Part shown: positions 46,750-57,571 of the stretch, piece after piece
How positions within the stretch are numbered: the first letter of the stretch is position 1
Layout: each line of letters starts with the position of its first letter
From: Marsupella aquatica
Lineage: Eukaryota; Plantae; Marchantiophyta
Reading direction: 5' to 3'
DNA length: 64,000 nucleotides
Assembly (NCBI GenBank): GCA_973895155.1
Contig: OZ316893.1
Location: forward strand, 496,860 to 560,859
Notes under the pieces: model-generated
The model's database searches: none
Seen by the model: the letters and a program-made list of their open reading frames with translations, nothing else
Told to the model about the DNA's origin: nothing
Position numbers and translations under genes: made by a program

Positions 46750-49700
46750 ATGAGCAACGTCAATCAAGCGGCACATTTCTGGGGATGCCTGTTCAAACGG
46801 GCAACTGAGTACATCAAGACTTACGAGGACGAGGAATCAGAAAGGGCAGCTCGAGAACGGCAGGAGCTCGCTTGATTGTGGGAGCTGCAGAAGACGGCTT
46901 TCTTAGGAGGCGAACTCATCAAGGACGAGTTCCTGTGGACGCCTACTTCCAATCAACTCGACGATCTTCTGTTTTGCAAAGACAGCGTCGTCGGCATCCG
47001 AGAGGCCATCAAGAACTGCAACGACATACACTGGGAATTAAAGGGTAGCACGGAAAGGTGGACCCAGGCAACGGTGCTAGGAGAAACCTCCACGGCAGCA
47101 GAGATGAAGAGGAAGGGAGCCGTCAACGATGAAGCCACCCCGGCAAAAAGAACGAGGTCGGCGGCACCAAAGAAGCCAGCCGAGCAGAAGAGCAGGAGGC
47201 AGGGAGAAGCCGAAGAGGAGGAGGTCGATCCCATCAAGGCCATTCCAACCAGGGATGACACCTGGAAGGGCTGGGCGGCAACCCTACCGGTGGAGGTGCA
47301 ACTACATTTTGCACGGGAGGAGGATGCATGGTTCACGGCCATGCAGACCAAGAAGTACCAAGGCTTCATGGCCGGATCCGGCTTAGAGGCCTTTGTAAGA
47401 TTACCATGGCTGAAGCCGGAGGTACCGGAGTCAGACCTATTAGAATTCGTGGGGTCATGGGAACCCGAGACCAATTGCACGAGGATATATGGGAAGGATT
47501 TCTATCTTACTCCCAAGGTAATTGCCGAAGTGTTTGGTTTGCCGATAGGCAATAAGACCAAAGTTGATACCAGGAAGACCTTGCCTGACAAGGAGTTCCG
47601 GTCGTTCCCTGGGCCATCAACGAAGAATGGCTTCTTCCGGAACACCTGCACCAACCCGCACATAGGAGAGATGATCGACTTCTTGCGGGTGACCATGCAT
47701 TGTAACTTGCCGAGGGCAGAGATCGGCAAGGCACAGGTCTATCTGGCAGAAAGGCCAGACCCAAGCCGGGACTACAACGGGTACCTCCTCAACCAATTGA
47801 AGAAGATCTTAAAGGAGGAGCAACAGGTAATCGGCATGGGGAGCGTGTCACGGCTTGGCTATCACATGCCGCTATTGTGCCGGTATGCCAGAGGTCAGAC
47901 TTTTGCCCCAGTACTTCCCCTGCAGGTAAGGGCACCCGAGGAAGCTCCAACGCCGAGGCCGTTGGCTGAGAAGCCTCAACCACCTGTTAGCCCTACGATC
48001 GAGCAGGTGTTTAGGCCCAGGAAGGAGGACTTGCCGATGCAGCAACCAGGCATGCAGAGTCTGCTGAAACTACTGGAGAAAGAAAAGAAATCGGCATCGG
48101 CAACGGCAACGGCAACAATGCAGGACACTACTACAGAGGTAGGCCTACACCGGCTCACAAGAGAAAACCCCTTTGCTGGAGACAAGGAGAGAATCAGGCC
48201 GGAATCCAAGCCAGGTGTTCGAATGTACGTGGGAATCTCAAGCTCCGAATCTGAGGCAGATTGCCCGAAGCTCCTACCGACGAAGAGGAGAGGGAGAAGC
48301 CGGACGTCCAAGAAGTAGAGGAGGCAGTGGAGGACTGCAGCCATGATAATTCCGACTATGGGTCGGACCATCACGTTCCAGGAGTAAGGACCTGTGGCCG
48401 GTTTGTCCCCACACTTCCAAGGGTAGTGCGAGGGGACCCCAACCAGCAGAGTAGCCCTGAGTCTCCCCCACCAGATGTTGCTCCCCCGAGCTTCGACGGC
48501 ATAAAACAGATGGTGCAGGAATTTCAGGAGCGAATCAGGCAGGAAGAGGAGGCAGCCCTGGCTAGGGAAAAGGATTTACCAGGAGGAGATTGGCCGGAGG
48601 ACATCAGGCGGCTAGCCGAAAAAGGAAGCAAACCTCTAGCCACGATTGAAGAGATCCGCAGGACAGCTTGGGAGCAGAGGCCGCGATGGGCGATGCCGAT
48701 CACTTCTACTTACTCCACCTACGCTAAGAATAGAGCCATGGAGTATGGTGAGATGTGTGGGGAACTTGCGCTCGGCATCTTTGGAGAGGACTTGGAGGTA
48801 GGACCCTTTTTCCATAGGGAGCAGTTGGAGAAGCACCAATTAGAAGAAGCGGTGGCTTTAGAGAGAAGCAAGAAGGACGAGGTCATTCGGCGGCTTAGGA
48901 GGATGGAAGCCAAGATTGAAGATCTAAGGGCGGCCAAGAAAGCCCAAGATGAACTGCGGATTAAACGACATGAGCTGAACATCATGCAGGGGCAGTTGGA
49001 CACCGCGCAGGCTGATAATCAGAATATCAAGGATAAACTGACTCAGACGCAGGGAGAGTTGGCCGACACGATCAAAGAGAGGGAGAAGTGGAAGCAAGAG
49101 CTGAAAAATACAGAGGAGGCCCACATAACAGCCAACAGCCGGGCCATGGCGGAGACCCAAAGAAAGGAATGGGCGTTGAAGGGGGAGCTCAAGAAAATCC
49201 GCGGAGCCCTTGAGCAGAAGGAGGCCGAGTTAGGGAAATCCTATCAAGGGATTATGGCGCTGCAGCATGAGCTTGCGTCCCTGACGGCCAGCTTCAAGGC
49301 CGACCTAAGGGAGAAGGACGAGATGCTCGAATAGACTTACGCCAAGATGAACCAGATGGAGTCTGTCATCATTGCAGAGCTCGACAAGGAGCTAAGAGCA
49401 ACCCGGGAGGAGAGGACTACCTTGAAACAAGAACGGGAGGAAGCCCAGAAGGAACTAGAGGAGGCATGCAAGGACCTGGATGAGACCCAGGAGGAGTTGG
49501 AGGAAATCACGAGGAAGATGGAGAACCTCCAGCGGCGGGCCGACAACCAAACGGAGCGGCTGAAGAAACAAGCCGTAGTATTTAAGTGCTTGTCTTCATC
49601 AGGCCCAACTCCAATTGGGGCAACCAAGTTACCAGGAGTGGTACTGGCCGAAGAAAAAGCCGCGCCAACTGCACCAGTGCCGGAAGTAAGTGGGAAGGGG

Positions 49701-50117
49701 AAGGGACCAGCTGCCGAACCAGAAAAGAAGAAAAAGCGGAAACCTTCTGGGTCAAAGAGTAATCCGACTCCACAAGCCGTGGTGACCAAAGAGGTAGAAC
49801 CAGCACCATCCTCCGGCATGAATACGGCAATAGATCCCGCTATCATCACAGGTGGGGGTGGTGCGGCCCAAGCCGAACTACTCAGTAAGGAGGCCGGTAT
49901 TCCAGATCCGCCTCTTGAGCAGGCCGGGGAGACCGTAGCCGAGGCTGAGGCCATACCCGATTCCCGAGCCGATGCCGACGCCGATGGTGGACCCAGTCAG
50001 GCCGATGGAGAGTTGACTCAGTCAAGGGCAGGTAATCTGTCAGGGAATGAGCCTACGGCAGTGGCTGAGGAGGAAGCGTTGGGGGTGTCCATTAAGGATC
50101 CACCACCGGTGTCGTGA
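46750..50117 (+). pseudogene. LTR-encoded protein, family 3 copy A (~1100 aa when repaired): PMD-like core plus long coiled coil
   Basis: Starts MSNVNQAAHFWGCLF. Stops at ~46873 and ~49332 and a frame-shifting deletion near 48260 relative to copies B/C. ORF pieces 46876-48318, 48261-49334 and 49347-50117. Confidence 0.85.
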
Positions 50118-51033
50118 CGGTGCAAGGGCGCCGTTCCTTTTAGGGAGGGCGGACGTGGAGGGAGGAGGCGTGAGTGAGCAGGGCAGGCGCGGATCTCCAA
50201 GTTTAGGATTAGGATCAGGACCAGGAGCGGCCCTGACACTTAGCTTAGTGGGATTGCGGTCCCACTGGTAGGAGCAACACTTGTGCTCCTGCCTTGCTGT
50301 ACATAGGTAGATTCGGGCAAGTAGATTACTGTTAAGTAGATTAGGCTTACGATGCAAAGAATGGCGGATCCACTACCAGGATAAGTACCTGGGCAGCGGG
50401 GAGCTCAGGGCCTCTTCTTTAGCAAGTTTTTAGTTTGCACCAGCCGGGCTGGGATCAAGTAGTACGAGAAGCTCTCGGTTAGTCATACATTGACCCTTGT
50501 GTATATTCATGTTTCCTCATGCCTAAGAGCTGAATAGAGTTGGCCTCACGGCTTAGTTCGCAGAGCTTGTGTATGAGATGTACTGTTTGTATGGCAAGTG
50601 CATGGTATGACTCAGTCAGAATGAGTCATTTTGCTATTTGTGTGTCGCATTAACTTGTGTGAAGAGTGCCCACATCAACCAAAAGGAAGGAAAGTAAGCA
50701 GGGGAGTGAGAGTTGGATGTGTCCAGCTGAGAGAGGTCTTAGCGGCTTAACCAAGCCTATTGGGGATCATTCCGGCGGCGGAATCCAAACATACCTAACA
50801 AGACGGAGGGGAAGACAGGGGAAGGCCTAGATTAGGCTGGCTACGTATCTCATGACCCGATGAAGGATCTGTCCAGTATATGTGTGTAAAATGTTAATAG
50901 TAGTAGTAGAAGGTTAGCAGCGTCCCATGCCGCTAAGCCGCGGAAACGGCCTCGCCAAGCGCGAAACCTGCGGGAATCGGCTTGAGCTGGGGGGTTTCTT
51001 GGGTTTAGGGAGCCATGGGACGCACCACATTTT

Positions 51034-51050
51034 TGGCGCTAGATGGAGGG
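51034..51050 (+). other. Primer-binding site, family 3 copy A
   Basis: TGGCGCTAGATGGAGGG, 4 nt after the LTR-terminal CA; tRNA not assigned. Confidence 0.75.
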
Positions 51051-51098
51051 GGCATTTCTTAAGCCATGAGATATGAAGTTAGAACGGAAGCGTAGGTA

Positions 51099-54000
51099 AT
51101 GATTGACCTTACGCCGAGGGAAGAAAGAGTGATTCAACGGGAGAGAGCTCGACTGCAGCAGCTCGCCGGGTGGCATGATACACAGCAACTGAGAGGGGCA
51201 GAAAGAGCTGGTAGCTCCAAAACTGGAAGTAGCGTCGAAGAAGACATACCAGAAGAAGAGTCGGTAAGGAGAAGTGAGTCTCCAACCGACATGGGGGAAC
51301 CAGAGGCACGGCCAGACGAGAGGCCAGGGACCAGATTGAGCCAGCGGTCGCGCATACATTACAAGGCATTTTATGGGAGAGGAGATGAGGATCCGGACGA
51401 ATGGTTGGATGATTTCGAGGGAACCGCTGCAGCAAATGGAGAATCGGCCATCAAGATGCAGATTCTTCCCGGCCTGTTCAAGGGTGAGGCTAGGCCTTGG
51501 TACAGAGCATTGGATGTGGAAGATCAAGCCATCTGGGATATCTTCAAAACACTCTTTGTTAAGGAGTTTCGACCCATTGGAACTTCAGAACTAGCAGTGC
51601 TGAAGTTGGGACAACTTCGGTTCAAGGAGAACAAATCCTTCAGGAAGTTCTTGCAACGCTTTCAGAAACTGGTAAGACGTACAAAGACCAATGCATCTGA
51701 AGGTATGCAACTTCAATGGTTGGTGAATGCTTTGCCACAGAAGATGAGTTTTGCAATTAGGAAGGAGAACCCTGAGACTTTAGCCGAAGCAATTAAGGAT
51801 ATTCAATTATACATTAATGCAGATATCACAAGCCGGAAGAAACAGCTTAAGTCTGAGAGTTCCTCATCAGAGGAGGGATCACCCCATAAGAAAAAAGATA
51901 AGAAGAAGAAACATTCTAAGAAGTATAGAAGTGATAAGTCAAGCTCGGATAGTGGGAGTAGCAAGAGTGAGTCATCTTCTAGTTCTGAAGAAGAAAAAAC
52001 TAGGAAAAGGAAGGGCAGAAGGAGAGGGAAGACGAAAGTCAAGCTGGAGGCTAAGCCACCAGATAACATCGTAGCCCTTACCGAGCAACTTAAGGCTATC
52101 ATTGCAGAGGTAAAACCGAAGAAGAAGGTAGTACAGGAGGATAGCTCTGTATGGTGTGCCTTATGTTATAAAACCGGACACCATAAAGATGCGTGTCCTA
52201 AGCTTAATACTAATCATGTTCGGCATGTGGCCGAGATCAGACCATGTCAGGGAGAAGTAGAGTACTTTTTAGGAGATGCCGCTGATAGTGTTTTCGGCAT
52301 CAGTGAGACTGGAGCACGAGACCTATCCAACAGACCTGCATCTCTATGGTCAGGGTTAAGGAACAATCCAGGAGAGATGTATCCTCGGATTATTCAGAAC
52401 CCGTCAGTACCTCCTAGGCCGAATGTGCAAAGATTTGCGGCGTGCTATAATTGTGGTCAACCTGGCCATTTTGCTAGAGAATGCCCGAATGCACGCAAAC
52501 AGGGTGATGGACAACCAGCTCAGCTATGTATGGGATGCCGACAAGAAGGTCATATGCTAGGGCAATGTTCTACTTGGTTGGCAGGCCTGGCCGCAAATCA
52601 TAAACTTTTGCCGGTCAAGATCTTACCGCCAGGTACTACCCCCGGAGGAGTTCAAATCAACCACATCGAACTAGGATGGCAAGTGGATGCCGAGGCAGAG
52701 TTCGTACCATCTGATGATGAGGCCGAAGCCCTATCAACCTTCTCAGAGGAGGATTTAGATCATGATTGCTACCGGGTCTCTACTCAATCTACCAGAAGGA
52801 AGGAAAGGTGGGATGGGCTGGCCAAAAATAAAGGGAAGGTTACGGAGGAAAAGATCGACTCTTCGTCAATATCAACAGAAGGAGAAGGGAGGGCTCCGGC
52901 AATACAGGTAAGCCATGAGCCCACCAGTGAACCCAATCCTTCACAAGATAGCGACTTCAATCGAGATCATCCTAAGTTGTTCTACCCCTCTGTTACGGCT
53001 AGTGTTAAGGAACAACTAAGAGAATTAGAAACCCTGGAGAATACCGAAGCCATTGCCAAGGATGTAAAACGAGCAAAAGCATTGTTCGCTTCGGAAGACC
53101 CAACAGCTGTGGAGACTAGCGTGGCAAAACTGGCCGAATCCAAGACGGAAACACCACCAGAGGAGAAGCCGATTGTTCCCTATGACCTGGCTAAAGATGT
53201 ACTAGAATCTAGAGTCTCGGCAACAGTAGGTCAACTATTGAAAAATAGCCCGTACTTCCGGAAGCAATTAAGGAAGGCTATTCTCGGCAAGCCGAGATTA
53301 CCCAAGGTAGCAACCAGATCCGACGTACTAATGATAGAAGAAGATCAAGGAGCCCCAACATTACCATTAATGATTCAAGGAGAATTATTACTATGGGTAC
53401 CCATCGATGGAGGATCAGGGGTATGTATTATGATTGATTCAACAGCAAAAGGGTGGGGTCTAACACCGGAGATGACTGGAAGAGTGTTGAACATGGCCAA
53501 TGGATATCAGGTCATTCCCACGGGAGTGTTAACCGGCATCAAGACAGAGATAGGAGGTATCTTCTTTAGCATTAACTATGTAGTAATGAAGCCGGTAAAT
53601 CCTACGTCATTCCGGCTATTGATTGGTAGGCCATGGCTGTACCTAGCCGAGGTAATAGAAGATTGGGGTAAAAAGTAGTTCACTTTCGGGACCCCCTCTA
53701 TCACGATATCCTGGGACACTAAGGATGACCGTAGGAAAAGCATAAGGGAAGTAGATGGGTACGACAGTGGACTGGAGTCAGCCGATGAAGTACGTTGGTT
53801 AGAATGCCTCACTGACCTAACCGAAGAAAGTGTCTTTGGACCAGAGGTACCCCCCAGCGGATTATGGCAAGAACCAATGGAAGGTGACTTGGAAGAAGAA
53901 GACGAAGAGGTCGAGGACTGCTTTACAATAGAATCCACCTTTTTAGCTGCAATTCCGGAGGAAGTAAAGGATGTAGACCAATTGGATGAAACGGCTAAGT

Positions 54001-55368
54001 GGGGAGCAGTAGCAGGGACAGTGGATTTTCTGCAGGCGTTGTGGCAGAGCCGGCAGGGTTCACAACGCCATCGATCATCGGCAAGGAATTAAATACCAAG
54101 GGATCGGCATACAAGCCGATTACGAGGGCAGAACAAATTGAGGCCCTATTAGAAGCCGAGAGAGCACAGCGGCCTGACTCTCAGGAGCAAGAGGTGGATG
54201 AGATGGACAGACACAATCCAGAGCCAAGGCAGGAAGGGGAGCCGACCACCAATTCAAAACCGAATAGACCGGCAAGGGGACAATCTATGGACACCAAGGA
54301 AGGGACCGACTCGGCTAGTCCAGCCGAGATTCCAGTTTATGGAGGTATGAGATTTTAGAGACTGGAAGCCGAACTGGACCCGAATTTGAAGAAGCAGATT
54401 AATATGATCCAAGCACGGCAATATCGGAAGCTCGACTTAGGAGAGGGAAGAGAACTGAACTTAGGGAGAAACCTAGCACCTGAGCTCGAGAAAGAGATCA
54501 GTGACTTATTGATTGAATTTCAGGATGTGTTTGCATGGAGTCACCAAGATCTAAAGGGAGTAGATCCAACACTAGGGGAACATCGAATTGATCTCATGTT
54601 AGGAGCCAAATCATTTCGACAACCAATTCGAAGGATGAACCCGAAGTATTCCCTGCTGGTCAAAACAGAAATCGACAAACTAGTGGAAGCTGGATTCATC
54701 ACTCCAGTCCTGCATTCAGACTGGGTGTCTCCAATTGTGATAGTTCCCAAGAAAGCTGGACCCGATGGTAAACCCAAGATCCGGGTTTGTCAGGATTACA
54801 GGAAGCTGAATGAAGCAACATTAAAAGACCATTTTCCTTTACCGTTTACTGATATGGTACTAGACATGGTAGCCAGTCATGAACTATATTCATTCATGGA
54901 TGGATACTCTGGTTATAACCAAATCAGGATTCGGCAGGAAGACCAAATCAAGACGGCCTTCATCACGGAATGGGGGATCTATGTCTTCAATCGTATGCCG
55001 TTTGGACTCTGCAACGCACCAGCTATGTTTCAACGATTAATGGTGAACATTTTTCATGATTACTTGAGAAAGTTCATGGAAATCTTCATTGATGACTTTG
55101 CAGTATTCGGGAAGGCATCGAAACATGCTAAATACCTCAGGAAAACCTTCATGAGATGTAGAGAGGTGGGTCTCAAGTTACACCCAGATAAATGTTTCTT
55201 TGCAGTAACCGAGGGGGTGCTACTAGGTCACAAGGTATCAAGGAAGGGCATTGAGATTGACAAAGGTAAGCTAGCAGTATGGCTAGATATCATGCAACCT
55301 AAGAACATAAAGGATGTAAGATCCTTCTTGGGATGCATTGGTTACTATCGCCGGTTCATCAAGGATTT
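51099..55368 (+). pseudogene. gag-pol: Family-3 gag-protease-RT, disrupted and truncated
   Basis: gag FYGRGDEDPDEWLDDF and CCHC knuckles (CYNCGQPGHFAREC); protease VPIDGGSGVCIM in the same ORF; stops at ~53676 and ~54356 plus a frame change; RT (KDHFPLPF, FMDGYSGYNQI, IFIDDF) in 54386-55375. Confidence 0.92.
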
Positions 55369-57502
55369 TCAATAGTTGACCTACTGTTGCCGAGACTCTA
55401 GATTCTAGTACATCTTTAGCCAGGTCATAGGGAACTATCAGTTTCTCCAGTGGTGTCTCTATCTTGGATTCGGCCTGTTTTTTCACGCTAGTCCCTACAG
55501 CCGTTGGATCTTCCAAAGCAAACAATGCTTTTGCTTGTTTCATATCCTTGGCTATGGCTTCAGTATTCTCCAGGGTTTCTAATTCTTGCAGTTGTTCCTT
55601 AACACTAGCCGTGATAGATGGGTAGAACAACTTAGGGTGGTCTCGATTGAAGTCGCTGTCCTGTGAAGGATTGGGCTCACTGGTGGGCTCATGGCTTACC
55701 TGTGTTGACGGTGCCCTTCCTTCTCCTTCCGTTGATGTTGACGAAGAGTCGATCTTTTCTTCCTGAACCTTCCCTTTATTTTTGGCCGGCCCATCCCACC
55801 TTTCCTTCCTTCTGGTTGATCGAGTAGAGACCCGGTAGCAATCACAATCCATATCCTCTTCTGAAAATGTTGATAGGGCCTCGGTCTCATCATCAGATGG
55901 TCCAAATTCTGCCTCGGCATCCACTTGCCATCCGAGTTCGATGTGGTTGATTTGAACTCCTCCTGGGGTAGTACCTGGCGGCAAGACCTTGACCGGCAAG
56001 AGCTTATGATTTGCGGCCAATCCCGCCAACCAAGTAGGACATTGTCCTAGCATGTGACCCTCCTGTCTACATCCCATACATAGCTGAGCTGGTTGTCCAT
56101 CACCTTGTTTGCGTGCATTCGGGCATTCTCTAGCAAAATGGCCAGGTTGACCACAATTATAGCATGCCGCAAATCTTTGCACATTCGGCCTAGGAGGTAC
56201 CGACGGATTCTGAATAATCCGAGGATACATCTCTCCTGGATTGTTCCTTAATCCTGACCAGAGAGATGCAGGTCGGTTGGATAGGTCTCGTGCTCCAGTC
56301 TCACTGATGCCGAAAACACTATCAGCGGCATCTCCTAGAAAGTACTCTACTTCTCCCTGACATGGTCTGATCTCGGCCACATGCCGAACATGATTAGTAT
56401 TAAGCTTAGGACACGCATCTTTATGGTGTCCGGTTTTATAACATAAGGCACACCATACAGAGCTATCCTCCTGCACTACCTTCTTCTTTGGTTTTACCTC
56501 TGCTATTATAGCTTTAAGATGCTCGGTAAGGGCTACGATGTTATCTGGTGGTTTAGCCTCCAGCTTGACTTTTGTCTTTCCTCTTCTTTTGCCCTTCCTT
56601 CTCCTAGTTTTTTCTTCTTCAGAACTAGAGGATGACTCACTCTTGCTACTTCCACTATCTGAGCTTGAGTTATCACTTCTTGACTTCTTAGAGTGTTTCT
56701 TTTTCTTATCCTTTTTCTTATGGGGTGATCCCTCCTCCGATGAGGAACTCTCAGACTTAAGTTGTTTCTTCCGGCTTGTGAACTCTGCATTAATGTATAA
56801 TTGAATATCTTTAATTGCCTCGGCTAAAGTCTTTGGGTTCTCCTTCCTAATTGCAAAACTCATCTTCTGTGGCAAAGCATTCACCAACCATTGAAGTTGC
56901 ATACCTTTAGATGCATTGGTCTTTGTACGTCTTACCAGTTTCTGAAAGCGTTGCAAGAACTTCCTGAAGGATTTGTTCTCCTTGAACCGAAGTCGTCCCC
57001 ATTTCAGCACTGCTAGTTCTGAAGTTCCAATGGGTCGAAACTCCTTAACAAAGAGTGTTTTGAAGATATCCCAGATGGCTTGATCTTCCACATCCAATGC
57101 TCTGTACCAAGGCCTAGCCTCACCCTTGAACAGGCCGGGAAGAATCTGCATCTTGATGGCCGATTCTCCATTTGCTGCAGCGGTTCCCTCGAAATCATCC
57201 AACCATTCGTCTGGATCCTCATCTCCTCTTCCATGAAATGCTTTGTAATGAATGCGCGACCGTTGGCTCAGTCTGGTCCCTGGCCTCCCGTCTGGCCGCC
57301 CCTCTAGTTCCCCCATGTCGGTTGGGTAAACGTTTCTTCCTACCGACTCTTCTTCTGGTATGTCTTCTTCGATGCCACTTCCAGCTTCGGAGCTACCAGC
57401 TCTTTCTGCTCCTCTCAGTCGCTGTGTATCATGCCACGAGTTGCTGCAGACGAGCTCTCTCCCGTTGAATCGCTCTTTCCTCCCTTGGCGTAGGTTCAGT
57501 CA
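55366..57502 (-). pseudogene. gag: Family-3 gag, copy B (5' frameshift, 3' truncated)
   Basis: Protein closely matches the copy A gag up to ATVGQLLK, then reads into antisense RT of copy A. Confidence 0.88.
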
Positions 57503-57550
57503 TTACCTACGTTTCTTTCCTAACTTCATATCTCACGGCTTAAGAAATGC

Positions 57551-57567
57551 CCCTCCATCTAGCGCCA
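57551..57567 (-). other. Primer-binding site, family 3 copy B
   Basis: TGGCGCTAGATGGAGGG on the minus strand, 4 nt from the LTR end. Confidence 0.75.
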
Positions 57568-57571
57568 AAAA

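Larger units (their letters stand above)
46374..51029 (+). repeat. Family-3 5' LTR, copy A (4656 bp)
   Basis: Termini TGTGATG...CACCACA, followed 4 nt later by TGGCGCTAG; homologous end to end with 57572-62275 in reverse orientation. Confidence 0.85.
46374..55368 (+). mobile_element. Family-3 Gypsy element, copy A: 5' LTR, PBS, gag-PR-RT, truncated after RT
   Basis: TGTGATG start interrupts the family-2 LTR; the LTR ends CACCACA at 51029; PBS; gag-pol motifs; the sequence switches to inverted copy B at ~55366-55369. Confidence 0.9.
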
